DNA of 64,000 bases, taken from a phage. Both the position numbers and the translations under genes were made by a program. Numbering within the stretch: position 1 is the first letter of the stretch; each line of letters starts with the position of its first letter. Location of the stretch: sequence record PX092659.1. One strand, given 5' to 3'. Positions 51,717 to 61,036 of the stretch are shown piece after piece. The notes under the pieces were generated by a model. That model saw only the letters and a program-made list of their open reading frames with translations, was not told the origin of the DNA and searched no databases.

Positions 51717-51997
51717 TTATCTCCCCATTTGCTCTTTGGTTCGTCATTGGATCTATAGTTGCTATTTATAGCCTGGTTGATGATCTGTATATTTCTAAGA
51801 ATAAAGATGTAATATTATACGTTATACATAAAACACGTCCACTAGATCTAGCACCTCTTGATGATACAACACTATTAAGATGTGGTATGTCTGTGATATT
51901 TATTATGGATATTCTGCTAGGACCAGCATCTGTATTTTTCTATTACCGAAAAACTCGTAATATGAAAAAATTTAAAGCAGAAATGCAGAATAATTAA
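51713..51997 (+). CDS. hypothetical membrane protein
   Basis: 94 aa; two hydrophobic helices (ALWFVIGSIVAIYSLV; MSVIFIMDILLGPASVFFYY). Confidence 0.45.
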   Translation: MIISPFALWFVIGSIVAIYSLVDDLYISKNKDVILYVIHKTRPLDLAPLDDTTLLRCGMSVIFIMDILLGPASVFFYYRKTRNMKKFKAEMQNN

Positions 51998-52107
51998 AGA
52001 ACTCGCGTAGGACCGAGTTGCGTCACCTGCAACTGTTACGGATAAGGGAGTCGTGCCCCTTAGTGCGGTAAGTGGTGAGTTGGTCGCTGACCTTAACTGG
52101 AGATTAT

Positions 52108-52452
52108 ATGACTATAGTACTAATTCTTGTTACCACTTGGTTTTTAATCGGCGCTGGGTATGCAGTAGCTATACTTAGACACTTAGATGAATATTCTGCT
52201 GAATGGTTCATTAAACACCTTCGTATAGACAACAAGGAGCACGAGTTTGAAAACGAAAAACAAAGAAAAGCAGTTGAAGAAATGACAGGCGAAGAATGCT
52301 TATTCTATATGCGTGCAATAGGATTCTTAGGATTATTTAGTGCTGGCCCACTAGGTTTTACCATAGCTCCTTATAAAGAAACAGTAGACGATATTAAGTT
52401 ATGGAGAAATGCAGGGGTACTGCACAAAGCTAGAAAAACTAATATTACATAA
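52108..52452 (+). CDS. hypothetical membrane protein
   Basis: ATG 52108 (MTIVLILVTTWFLIGAGYAVAIL) after CTGGAGAT; track ORF extends to 52072. Confidence 0.45.
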   Translation: MTIVLILVTTWFLIGAGYAVAILRHLDEYSAEWFIKHLRIDNKEHEFENEKQRKAVEEMTGEECLFYMRAIGFLGLFSAGPLGFTIAPYKETVDDIKLWRNAGVLHKARKTNIT

Positions 52453-52496
52453 GATTGACACTAAGTCAGCTTACTAGCAAAAGCAAATAATGACAA

Positions 52497-52531
52497 AGCC
52501 CAGCCTGCAAAGTTGCGACTGGGCTATTTTT
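52497..52531 (+). terminator. rho-independent terminator
   Basis: AGCCCAG ... CTGGGCT stem with 15-nt loop, followed by ATTTTT. Confidence 0.6.
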
Positions 52532-52546
52532 ATAATAAAATTTTAG

Positions 52547-52575
52547 TTGCTTAGATGCCCAAACTTTTGTATAAT
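52547..52575 (+). promoter_or_regulatory. sigma70-type early promoter: TTGCTT-N17-TATAAT
   Basis: Cassette match. Confidence 0.6.
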
Positions 52576-52606
52576 ATGTTTATAGATTGAGGCAAGAGGA
52601 TTAAAT

Positions 52607-53305
52607 ATGAGGATTATTTCTAAGTTCGCCGATGTTTATGATTTGCAGAACAGTTTGTTCGACCCAGATCGTGTTTGGGAACGTAAAACTGAAGAGTTGC
52701 TGGTTAAAGTAACCGATGATGCAGAAAAGAACATTGTGCATACTCGCCAGGTATTTCGTGATGGCTCGCTATCTTTTCGTGGTGATTTCGAATATTTTGT
52801 AAACCCACTATTTGTTGCAGGTGAAGTTTACTGGTTGCACGAGCTGTACTGCTGGCATCCGGCATTTAGCTTCAAAACGTTCAACCTCGACACTATGTTC
52901 GATAAAATGGAAGAGATGGGATTGCATGCCCGCTCTTACTTAATGGATAAGAGTCGTGGAGATGTTCGTGAAACAATGCGTGATTTGCTCATTGAAGCAA
53001 AACCTAAAGCAGAACGTATCTTGTCCGAACTGCGTGTACCGATTGCATATGTGAAAGGTATTAAAAAGAACGATAATGATGATGTTCGTAACTTCGTGAT
53101 TCAGACTAACATTCGTTTCCATCAGTCAGGTATTCCGTGGCAGGAAATTGAAAGTAACTTATATCGTTTACACCAGATGATCGAGCAATATATCTGGGGC
53201 GTGTTAGGAACCGGTGAGCCTGATATGATTACCACTTCCGATAAGGATCGCTTAACCGCACATGGATTTGATACTGTTACTTCTTTTAGGAATATGAAAA
53301 GATGA
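52607..53305 (+). CDS. hypothetical protein
   Basis: 232-aa track ORF after CAAGAGGATTAAAT RBS. Confidence 0.5.
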   Translation: MRIISKFADVYDLQNSLFDPDRVWERKTEELLVKVTDDAEKNIVHTRQVFRDGSLSFRGDFEYFVNPLFVAGEVYWLHELYCWHPAFSFKTFNLDTMFDKMEEMGLHARSYLMDKSRGDVRETMRDLLIEAKPKAERILSELRVPIAYVKGIKKNDNDDVRNFVIQTNIRFHQSGIPWQEIESNLYRLHQMIEQYIWGVLGTGEPDMITTSDKDRLTAHGFDTVTSFRNMKR

Positions 53306-53799
53306 TCAGTAAGGAAGAGCTAAGAAGAATGTTCGATTACCAAGAAGATGGTAATCTTATCTGGAAACCCAGGGAAGGGGACGAACATTTTAATAAGATA
53401 TTCGCCGGAACAGTAGCAGGATCTAGACAAAGTACAGGGCATAGAGTAGTTGAACTATATAATGGTTCCATAGCTATAGGGGCACATAGATTAATCTATG
53501 CATGGCATACTGGAGAATGGCCTGAAATAGTTGATCACAAGGATAAAGACCCAACTAATGATAGATTTGAGAATCTAAGACCTGCTACAAGATCTGATAA
53601 TGCTTGTAACCAAAAAGTAAGAAGCGATAACCATTTAGGCGTTAAAAATATCCATAGAAAAACAAATGGGACTTACCAAGTAAGAATTACCAAACACGGT
53701 AAGCAAGTTTCGAAAACACTTAAGAGTTTGGAAGAGGCTATAAAATGGCGGGATACCAAACTCAAAGAACTCCACGGTGAGTTTGCGAGTACAGGCTAA
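53302..53799 (+). CDS. HNH homing endonuclease (paralog family)
   Basis: 165 aa; MISKEELRRMFDYQEDGNLIWKP and AHRLIYAWHTGEWPEIVDHKDKDPTNDRFENL. Confidence 0.65.
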   Translation: MISKEELRRMFDYQEDGNLIWKPREGDEHFNKIFAGTVAGSRQSTGHRVVELYNGSIAIGAHRLIYAWHTGEWPEIVDHKDKDPTNDRFENLRPATRSDNACNQKVRSDNHLGVKNIHRKTNGTYQVRITKHGKQVSKTLKSLEEAIKWRDTKLKELHGEFASTG

Positions 53800-54242
53800 T
53801 GCGGAAATGGTTTGTAGACTTAGTTTGGAATAACAAGATATACATCCTGGGAGCAGGTCTAGCGATAGGCATCGGGTTCGGTGCTTATCACTTAGTAGAT
53901 AAAGTGGAGACTTTAGCAGGAGATCTTGCGGTAGCTACTAAAAAGATTTCTTCTCTAGAAACCTCCCTTAATAAGGTGAAAGCTGAAAGCGAACTTCGTG
54001 AGACTAGAATGAATCAGTATTTCACGATGAATAATATTTCTCAAGCAGACTTAGATAAGAAAATTGGTCAGCTTGATAAGGCACTTAGCCGCCAAGATAT
54101 TATAGCTGCAAAGCCCGGATTGGTAACATTAATTGCTAAAAAGCAGAGTAAAGAGTTCGAGGAAAGATTAGCGTGTTTAACTGGAAACTTGGAATACTGC
54201 TCGCAGCCGCAATCACAATCACAGGCTGTGCACAAGAAATAG
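53799..54242 (+). CDS. TM plus coiled-coil protein (i-spanin-like candidate)
   Basis: 147 aa; N-terminal TM helix (IYILGAGLAIGIGFGAY) then coiled-coil-like periplasmic region; 3' end overlapped out of frame by a lipoprotein ORF. Confidence 0.4.
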   Translation: MRKWFVDLVWNNKIYILGAGLAIGIGFGAYHLVDKVETLAGDLAVATKKISSLETSLNKVKAESELRETRMNQYFTMNNISQADLDKKIGQLDKALSRQDIIAAKPGLVTLIAKKQSKEFEERLACLTGNLEYCSQPQSQSQAVHKK

Positions 54243-54526
54243 AGTCAGAACCCACACACGAGCTACCAACAGCTCATGTAGACTGGCCTAAAGGACTTCA
54301 ACCTTGTAGCTTTGACTTTAAGTTTGAAAAGAAATTAGCTACAAATGGAGAAGATGGCGTAGTAGTTGTTGTACCATATAAAGATTGGAATGCAAAAGCA
54401 AAATGTGAGGAAGCAGTTTACTCTTACATTTCACGACTGACTGGTATGGTTTGCTTCTATCGTCAAGATTTACAAGAAAAACGTTGCTTAGTTTACTATC
54501 CACCCATTACAAATAGGAAAGATTAA
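54173..54526 (+). CDS. lipoprotein (lipobox ITGC); possible o-spanin-like partner, atypically long
   Basis: 117 aa; MFNWKLGILLAAAITITGC signal/lipobox; start embedded in the 3' end of the preceding ORF. Confidence 0.45.
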   Translation: MFNWKLGILLAAAITITGCAQEIESEPTHELPTAHVDWPKGLQPCSFDFKFEKKLATNGEDGVVVVVPYKDWNAKAKCEEAVYSYISRLTGMVCFYRQDLQEKRCLVYYPPITNRKD

Positions 54527-55278
54527 TGTCAGTATTAGTCGGTTTACATGGTGAAGCTGGTTCGGGAAAAGATACCGTTGCAAAATTAATTATCGATTGG
54601 TGTAATGACACGTATCCAACGTGTTTATCCCGTCGTTACCGTTTTGCTAAGCCCGTTTATGAACTTGCATCCGTAATCCTCGGTGTAACTCCAGAGTTTC
54701 TAGGAGAGCGCAGAGGAAAAGAGATTGACCAATGGTTTACGGTCACACAATCTCAATTGGAGCGAGCCAGAGATGTGTGGTTTAAGTACGGTATCGATAA
54801 GTTTGAAGACTTCTCGTACGTTTGGCCTATTTTTGAGGAAAAATATCTTAATCCTCAACAACTTATCTCAGAGAATAAAGAAGACGGACTTTATAGTTTA
54901 TTTATTTCTCCGAGAAAAATGTTACAGCTCATAGGGACAGAGCTAGGAAGGCAGCTGGTGCATGAACGCATTTGGCTCATAATTCTGGAGCAATCCATCG
55001 CTAAAGACGACCCAGATGTCGCCGTAATAACAGATGTTAGATTCCCCAATGAAGGAGAGTTACTCAGAGAAACAAACCATTTAGATATGGATTCTTTGAT
55101 AGTAAATGTAGTACCCGCTGAGCAGAAGTTCACTATTAAATCAGATCATCCATCTGAAAGTGGTATTCCTGCAAAATATATTACTCACGAATTAGTTAAT
55201 AAATTCGATGGTATCAATAACCTTAAACTAGAAGTTTATAACTTCTGTGACTTAGAGCTAGAACCACTAGTTGGATAA
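54526..55278 (+). CDS. deoxynucleoside monophosphate kinase-like P-loop kinase
   Basis: 250 aa; N-terminal P-loop LVGLHGEAGSGKDT. Confidence 0.6.
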   Translation: MSVLVGLHGEAGSGKDTVAKLIIDWCNDTYPTCLSRRYRFAKPVYELASVILGVTPEFLGERRGKEIDQWFTVTQSQLERARDVWFKYGIDKFEDFSYVWPIFEEKYLNPQQLISENKEDGLYSLFISPRKMLQLIGTELGRQLVHERIWLIILEQSIAKDDPDVAVITDVRFPNEGELLRETNHLDMDSLIVNVVPAEQKFTIKSDHPSESGIPAKYITHELVNKFDGINNLKLEVYNFCDLELEPLVG

Positions 55279-55290
55279 TCAAGGATCGCT

Positions 55291-55890
55291 ATGACTAATA
55301 AAAAAGAAGAAAAGACTAACCTGTTTCACTCCATTCGCCAATCTAATGAGTATACCTTTTTCTTTGATGAAGAATTAGGCCCGCCGGATGAATACCGTGA
55401 TTTATCAATGGTACTTATGCAGGCAAATGAGGACGACGAAATTAATCTGATGATTAATGGCCCTGGTGGTTATGTTGATACTGCTGCACAGTTATCTAAC
55501 TTAATTGCTAATTGCCGTGGAACAGTTATAGGACACCTGATTGGTCCTAGTGCTTCTGCTTACTGCACAATTTTCCTATCCTGTCATGGATGGGTAGTAC
55601 ATCCACATGCTACGCTAATGGGACACACGTTCTCTGGCGGATTCTGTGAGAAGGGTCAAGAAATCAAGAAAGCCTATGAATCTTACAACAAGTTCGTAGA
55701 AGATATGATGCTAGATGTCTACTATCCGTTCTTCTCAATAGACGAAATCGACGAGATGGTAAAAGACAACAAAAATATCTATCTAGATAGCAAAGAAATC
55801 CATAAGCGTATTGAAATCTTGGCAAAATATCGATCTGAGCAATATAATAAAGCCCAGTTACCTCAATCCGAGGAGCATAACGAAGAGTAA
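55291..55890 (+). CDS. ClpP-like serine protease (S14-like)
   Basis: 199 aa; ClpP-like regions INLMINGPGGYV, GPSASAYCTIFL and conserved His (HPHATLMGH). Confidence 0.5.
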   Translation: MTNKKEEKTNLFHSIRQSNEYTFFFDEELGPPDEYRDLSMVLMQANEDDEINLMINGPGGYVDTAAQLSNLIANCRGTVIGHLIGPSASAYCTIFLSCHGWVVHPHATLMGHTFSGGFCEKGQEIKKAYESYNKFVEDMMLDVYYPFFSIDEIDEMVKDNKNIYLDSKEIHKRIEILAKYRSEQYNKAQLPQSEEHNEE

Positions 55891-55900
55891 GTAATTTTAA

Positions 55901-55930
55901 GCCAGGGTTTAACGACCCTGGCTTTTCTTT
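55901..55930 (+). terminator. rho-independent terminator
   Basis: GCCAGGG tttaacga CCCTGGC followed by TTTTCTTTT. Confidence 0.7.
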
Positions 55931-56046
55931 TATCTAAAATTCTTCTTGACAACGACAAAATTTTATGCTCCAGAAGTGATCTTTAAAAACACATTGTAAT
56001 TTTCCTCCAAAATTAGTATAATGGTACTGGTTAGAGGAGGTTACAA

Positions 56047-56703
56047 TTGGAAAAGTTCTTACAATTATTAACGGTACTGCTCCAAGAAGCGAAAGATCCA
56101 GCATCGCTTCTTAAACGTCTGCTAACTATCTTAGTTGCTGTCATTATTTTCTTATTTGTTAGTAATACTAGTGAGGTGATGTCGTTCTTAAAGACTTTCT
56201 CCACGTCTGCGGTTCTACAGGATGTTCAAACTCAAAGGATAAGTAATTTTCCTAACGTAGCTAGAGAAAAGAGCATGGTGCTTTTTTCCCAAACGGGTGC
56301 GGATGCTGTTTTTGTAGTCAAGTATAAACCCGATGCCATTAATGATTATTCTAACATTATTGCATGGGAAAGCAATGCGCAATTAGATAGGGCTGACTTG
56401 GCCGATAAAGCGGTAAATAAGACGTCTGAGCTATATAGACGTCACTTAGACGGCTTTAACTACGCATCGGATTTAAGTGTAAAAGTAAATAAATACATGG
56501 GGTTAAATATACCTGCGTTTAAGAACGTTACTTTTAATTACATATACACTTGTCCGTACTTCAATCTAAACAATATCTATGCTGGATATATTGGTATTGC
56601 TTGGAAAGATAATCCTGTAGATGCAGCCGATTCTGAGAAATTTAACGAGTATTTAACAAAGCTCTGTTCCCCACAACAGAGATCTTTAGGTAGATCAATA
56701 TGA
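56047..56703 (+). CDS. holin-like membrane protein (TTG start)
   Basis: 218 aa; TTG start 6 nt after GAGGAGG; N-terminal TM helix LLTILVAVIIFLFV; immediately upstream of and overlapping the endolysin. Confidence 0.55.
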   Translation: MEKFLQLLTVLLQEAKDPASLLKRLLTILVAVIIFLFVSNTSEVMSFLKTFSTSAVLQDVQTQRISNFPNVAREKSMVLFSQTGADAVFVVKYKPDAINDYSNIIAWESNAQLDRADLADKAVNKTSELYRRHLDGFNYASDLSVKVNKYMGLNIPAFKNVTFNYIYTCPYFNLNNIYAGYIGIAWKDNPVDAADSEKFNEYLTKLCSPQQRSLGRSI

Positions 56704-57113
56704 GTTTTAAATTTGGTAAAAATAGCGAAAAACAATTAGCTACCGTTAAGCCAGAGCTACAAAAAGTAGCTCGTAGAGCTTTAGAATTATCTCCTTATGA
56801 TTTCACGATCGTACAGGGTATTCGTACAGTAGCACAAAGTGCCCAGAATATTGCTAATGGTACTTCATTCTTAAAAGATCCTAGTAAAAGCAAGCATATT
56901 ACTGGGGATGCTCTTGATTTTGCTCCATACATTAATGGTAAGATTGATTGGAATGATTTAGAAGCATTTTGGGCAGTTAAAAAGGCTTTTGAACAAGCAG
57001 GTAAAGAACTAGGCATTAAACTTCGTTTTGGTGCTGATTGGAATGCTTCTGGAGACTATCACGATGAAATAAAACGTGGTACCTATGATGGCGGTCATGT
57101 CGAACTAGTTTAA
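56700..57113 (+). CDS. endolysin, L-alanyl-D-glutamate peptidase type (M15/LAS-like)
   Basis: 137 aa; zinc-binding motifs HITGDALDF and DGGHVEL; ATGA overlap with holin stop. Confidence 0.75.
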   Translation: MSFKFGKNSEKQLATVKPELQKVARRALELSPYDFTIVQGIRTVAQSAQNIANGTSFLKDPSKSKHITGDALDFAPYINGKIDWNDLEAFWAVKKAFEQAGKELGIKLRFGADWNASGDYHDEIKRGTYDGGHVELV

Positions 57114-57124
57114 TTAATAACTTA

Positions 57125-57147
57125 GGCGGGAGTATTCCCGCCTTTTT
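57125..57147 (+). terminator. rho-independent terminator
   Basis: GGCGGGA gtat TCCCGCC followed by TTTTT. Confidence 0.75.
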
Positions 57148-57190
57148 AGGCAAAGGGGGCTTTAATAATTTTTGAAGATAGGAGAAAGCC

Positions 57191-57607
57191 ATGTTTGCAG
57201 AACTATTCACTATGATGCTGCTAGGTATCTGGAAAATAAGTCTAGTAGTATTCGTTTTAATGATAGTCTTTACTATCATTGCATTAACTACCAGAAATAG
57301 CTTATTAATAAAGGTTATTCACGGACTAGAGTATATAATTATGGGTTCATTCGGCGTTTGTAAATGCAATTGCCATAGAGATACGAAATATTGTTGGTTA
57401 TGGATGGAACTAGAGAATCCCATATCCATAGCTTTGGCTGTTTCATTCGGTATGATTCTTATGGCCCTTACTCTAGCATTAATACCTTTGATGTTAGCTG
57501 GGGGAGTTACAGCGTATTTCACCCTTTTCTCCCCGATACTTATGTACTCAATTTACCCAATAACTATGTATCTAGTTAGGAAAAGATTTATACATGTAGT
57601 AGATTAA
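57191..57607 (+). CDS. hypothetical polytopic membrane protein
   Basis: 138 aa; several hydrophobic helices; GGAG RBS. Confidence 0.45.
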   Translation: MFAELFTMMLLGIWKISLVVFVLMIVFTIIALTTRNSLLIKVIHGLEYIIMGSFGVCKCNCHRDTKYCWLWMELENPISIALAVSFGMILMALTLALIPLMLAGGVTAYFTLFSPILMYSIYPITMYLVRKRFIHVVD

Positions 57608-57620
57608 GATAAAAAAGTAG

Positions 57621-57649
57621 TTGACTTTTAGCCCTAGTTATTATATAAT
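57621..57649 (+). promoter_or_regulatory. sigma70-type promoter: TTGACT-N17-TATAAT
   Basis: TTGACT, 17 nt, TATAAT then catAAATTagt cassette tail. Confidence 0.6.
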
Positions 57650-57682
57650 ATATACATAAATTAGTTAAGAGAGGTATATATT

Positions 57683-58114
57683 ATGTCTGATCGTTTCTAT
57701 ACTCAAATGGCGGAACATTTTCGTATACCACATTACGAGCTAAACATTGCACTCCGTGATCATGACTCTCCTGAGTACAAAAAGCTCGAAAAGAAAGCGG
57801 AAAAATCTATTGATACAAAGGTAGGTGCATCTATGTCTAAGGGCAAAAAGTTAACTCGTCTTGATCTTAATAAAATTTTAACTGAACTTTTGGGTACTGA
57901 TATTGAAGGTGCTAAATTACCACTTCTTGTACTAGAGACTATGATTAAAAAGGTCAAAAATAAAGAATATAAGAAGGTAGAAGTCCCGGAAGGCAGATTA
58001 AAGGCTCCTTATCAGGAAGCATTAACTGAGTGTTTGGGTGTAAATCTTGATCTGAGCACCGCAACCGTAAAAACTATGAAAAACTTCTTAGAGGCCATTA
58101 ATAACTATGAGTAA
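57683..58114 (+). CDS. hypothetical protein
   Basis: 143-aa track ORF after GAGAGGTATAT RBS. Confidence 0.5.
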   Translation: MSDRFYTQMAEHFRIPHYELNIALRDHDSPEYKKLEKKAEKSIDTKVGASMSKGKKLTRLDLNKILTELLGTDIEGAKLPLLVLETMIKKVKNKEYKKVEVPEGRLKAPYQEALTECLGVNLDLSTATVKTMKNFLEAINNYE

Positions 58115-58397
58115 ATTAGTATATCTATTAAAAGGTTCCACCTGTAACCCGTGTAAACTTTTCGAGCCAGTATTTGATAAAGTAGTCAATGACTATAATT
58201 TGGAAGTCCATAAAGAGACTGATAATACAGAATTAATGCAGAAATTTGGTGTACGCCAAGTTCCTGTAGTAGTTCTAGCGGATCGCTTACCTAATGGTCG
58301 AGTAGAAGCTAATCATATTTTGATTGGACGTCAGCTTCGTAAAGAAACTATGCACGAAGCTATTAAAAACTTCCTGGAGGATAATCCAGAAGATTAA
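58107..58397 (+). CDS. thioredoxin/glutaredoxin-like redox protein
   Basis: 96 aa; CxxC motif (STCNPCKLFEP) in a thioredoxin-fold-sized protein; follows the lysis genes, while nrdA/nrdB lie 30 kb upstream. Confidence 0.55.
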   Translation: MSKLVYLLKGSTCNPCKLFEPVFDKVVNDYNLEVHKETDNTELMQKFGVRQVPVVVLADRLPNGRVEANHILIGRQLRKETMHEAIKNFLEDNPED

Positions 58398-58403
58398 TAA
58401 ACC

Positions 58404-58436
58404 AAGCCTGATCTTAGCGGATCAGGCTTTTATTTT
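58404..58436 (+). terminator. rho-independent terminator
   Basis: AGCCTGATC ttagcg GATCAGGCT followed by TTTATTTT. Confidence 0.75.
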
Positions 58437-58438
58437 AC

Positions 58439-58467
58439 TTGCTTTTTGCTAAAAATTTTGGTATAAT
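58439..58467 (+). promoter_or_regulatory. sigma70-type early promoter: TTGCTT-N17-TATAAT
   Basis: Cassette match directly after the terminator. Confidence 0.6.
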
Positions 58468-58557
58468 ACTTATATAAATTGATGAGAAGGCTATCTTCGT
58501 ATGGGTTCTAGTCATACTAAGGGCTATCTACGCACTACAAGAAATAGGAGTATTCCA

Positions 58558-58935
58558 ATGAACTATGCATATCTTATTATTAATAATAACGTAGTTTGTG
58601 GTACTCGCGCTGTTGAGATGGGTATTACAGAAGAAAAGTATAAGTCACTTCCAGAAAAGGAACAACAATATTATGTTGAAGAAGCTGCTTGGGAGTATGC
58701 TGAGGTTTATCCCGAAGAACGTGAAGATCGTCTTACTCTTGTTGTGTCTCTGGGTTTGGTTGGCTGTGATACCGAAGTTGATACAGACCTAGAGACTTTA
58801 GAGGAGTGGGAAGAGTTAGATATTTCAGCTAAAAACTCCTTAATCCGTGAAGCCTTTTGGGAAGCTGTAGATTGCCATGTAGTATTTGAGCCTAATGATG
58901 AAGAGGCTGAAAAACATACTAACCATTGGAGATAA
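58558..58935 (+). CDS. hypothetical acidic protein
   Basis: ATG 58558 (MNYAYLIINN) after AGGAG; track ORF extends to 58501. Confidence 0.45.
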   Translation: MNYAYLIINNNVVCGTRAVEMGITEEKYKSLPEKEQQYYVEEAAWEYAEVYPEEREDRLTLVVSLGLVGCDTEVDTDLETLEEWEELDISAKNSLIREAFWEAVDCHVVFEPNDEEAEKHTNHWR

Positions 58936-58939
58936 TTAA

Positions 58940-59185
58940 ATGTTAGCGGAACAAGCAAAACGTTTAGCTAGAATAAATAGAGCCGCGTCCCTTAAGAGCC
59001 GAAAGAAAACGTATAGATGGGTTAAGCGAAGGATAGTATCTTCTGTCGAGATTGGAGGTTCTTTTGTACAGCTTAATCGTGACGAAATTAGTTATGAAGC
59101 TATAAAAGCCCTCTATAAAGATGGTTATACTCTAAAACTATCAAATAATTATGGTACAACTATTTTAAATGTTATTTGGGAATAA
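58940..59185 (+). CDS. hypothetical protein
   Basis: 81-aa track ORF. Confidence 0.45.
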   Translation: MLAEQAKRLARINRAASLKSRKKTYRWVKRRIVSSVEIGGSFVQLNRDEISYEAIKALYKDGYTLKLSNNYGTTILNVIWE

Positions 59186-59187
59186 TT

Positions 59188-60051
59188 ATGAAAAAAGAAT
59201 TTAATGTGCATAAAACACTAGTAGTACCTGATGATGTTAACTTATTCTTTGTTGGTGATATTCATGGATGCAACGATTTACTAGAAGATGCATTACAATT
59301 AGCTGGCTATAACGGCAAGAAAGACTGCGTTGTATGCGTTGGGGATTTAATTGATCGAGGCACGCAGAACCTACAAGTTTTAGCCAAATTCCTGTATAAT
59401 CCACGCTTTATCAGTGTCCGTGGTAATCATGACCAATTTATGATTGTGGGAGATTGGGCTAACTGGATGTATAACGGTGGTATGTGGGCCATGAATGAAC
59501 TAGATGCAGATACCATTAAAAATATTGCTGAAGACATGGCTGAAAAAATGCCAGTATTTCTGACTGTATTGCATCGTGGTAAAAAGTATGGTGTTGTTCA
59601 TGGTGGTGTACCTTTTACGTACAAAGAATGCGGTAACGAAGTAGAAACCCCAGTATGGGATAGCCTTATTGCACAAGTAGAAGCAGCTAAGGAAGATCCA
59701 CATGACCATCCTGGATACCATGTTGAGCCATACTTATGGGATCGAGATGTAATCCAAGAAATAGGTTTTCACTTAGCTAAAAATGGTGAAGAACACTCAC
59801 ATTTCCAGCGTTATGCAGGGTTTAAAGAGAAATACATGGTAGAAGTACCTCCGGTTAATGGAGTAGACTTTGTATTTCATGGGCATACCGGAGTACCTTA
59901 CCCGATTTTATACCAGAACCGTGTTTACCTAGATACCGGCGGTGTTTTCAACGGGCAGTTGACGGTTGCGCAGGTTAACGATGAAACTGGCAAAATCACC
60001 ACATTTACCACAGACAAAAATGATAGCTGCGGTGTACAGAGGATCCTTTAA
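59188..60051 (+). CDS. Ser/Thr protein phosphatase-like metallophosphoesterase
   Basis: ATG 59188 (MKKEFNVHK); calcineurin-like motifs GDIHGC, GDLIDRG, GNHD, HGG. Confidence 0.7.
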   Translation: MKKEFNVHKTLVVPDDVNLFFVGDIHGCNDLLEDALQLAGYNGKKDCVVCVGDLIDRGTQNLQVLAKFLYNPRFISVRGNHDQFMIVGDWANWMYNGGMWAMNELDADTIKNIAEDMAEKMPVFLTVLHRGKKYGVVHGGVPFTYKECGNEVETPVWDSLIAQVEAAKEDPHDHPGYHVEPYLWDRDVIQEIGFHLAKNGEEHSHFQRYAGFKEKYMVEVPPVNGVDFVFHGHTGVPYPILYQNRVYLDTGGVFNGQLTVAQVNDETGKITTFTTDKNDSCGVQRIL

Positions 60052-60338
60052 TGAATGATAGAATGAAAGAAGTACAAGAAGAATTACGAGCAATGCGTAT
60101 TGATGCCCTTCGTTGGAGGGCATTAGTTAATGCTTTCGTCAAAGGAGACACCGGAGTAATATATTCTGGAATAGCAGTCAATTTTTGTTTTAATTCTCCT
60201 GCTGAAATAGAGATAGAAACAAGGCTTACTACCTACCTTAATGAGGTAGACCTTAAGGAAGGAGAGACTCCCGAGGAGTTTAAAACTAGAGTATTAACTA
60301 CCTGGGTTGATAACTTAATACAAAAAAGGAGTAAGTGA
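60051..60338 (+). CDS. hypothetical protein
   Basis: 95-aa track ORF, start overlapping previous stop. Confidence 0.45.
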   Translation: MNDRMKEVQEELRAMRIDALRWRALVNAFVKGDTGVIYSGIAVNFCFNSPAEIEIETRLTTYLNEVDLKEGETPEEFKTRVLTTWVDNLIQKRSK

Positions 60339-60928
60339 TGAAGGTTAAATTCTGGTCAGACTTGCACTTAGACCACCCTGGAGCACTACGTTTCCGTCCG
60401 TGGTTTAAGAACATGAAAGAGCACGATGAGTATATTCTAGATACTTTGTCCAAGCATATTGGTAAACGAACAAAACTTATTTTGCTAGGAGATATTGCAG
60501 TAGGTCGTGAAGGTCTGGACAAATTAAAGTCGGTTATCCACAATGTCCCTAATCAACTCATTATGGGTAATCATGATGCGGAGCGTCAAGGACTGAGTAT
60601 TAGGGACTTAGCGGAAGTTTATGATGATATTCAGGCTCTAGGTAAACAGACTGGAGGTGGCAAAAAGTTTTGGCTATCTCACTGCCCTTTGCATCCCAAT
60701 GAACTTCGTGGTAAACTAAATATTCACGGACACGTACATACTACTTCTTTACGTGATCCACGTTATATTAATGTCTCATTTGAAATGAGTAAAATTCCAA
60801 TTCCGCTAGAGGATATTGTATCTGGTAAGTTTACTAGCTATGATAGGGTAGTTAATTGTACTACCGGCGAGGTATTACAAATAGGAGAAGACGTAGCTGC
60901 TGTATTACGTGGTGATATAAATGTCTAA
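60335..60928 (+). CDS. metallophosphoesterase (calcineurin-like), second copy
   Basis: 197 aa; LLGDIAVGR, GNHD and HGHVH motifs. Confidence 0.65.
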   Translation: MMKVKFWSDLHLDHPGALRFRPWFKNMKEHDEYILDTLSKHIGKRTKLILLGDIAVGREGLDKLKSVIHNVPNQLIMGNHDAERQGLSIRDLAEVYDDIQALGKQTGGGKKFWLSHCPLHPNELRGKLNIHGHVHTTSLRDPRYINVSFEMSKIPIPLEDIVSGKFTSYDRVVNCTTGEVLQIGEDVAAVLRGDINV

Positions 60929-61036
60929 GTATATAGCTGAGGCTATTATTAAACGAATCATACAAGCGATAGCAATACTTATAATTATTTGTATTGCTAT
61001 TGGCACAGGATTAGGCATTTTAACTAAAAGTTTTAT

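Noticed and set aside
55946-56032. Promoter for the holin gene (TTGACA at about 55946; TATAAT at about 56027)
   Set aside because: The two hexamers are about 75 nt apart and neither has a partner at proper spacing, so no promoter feature is called.
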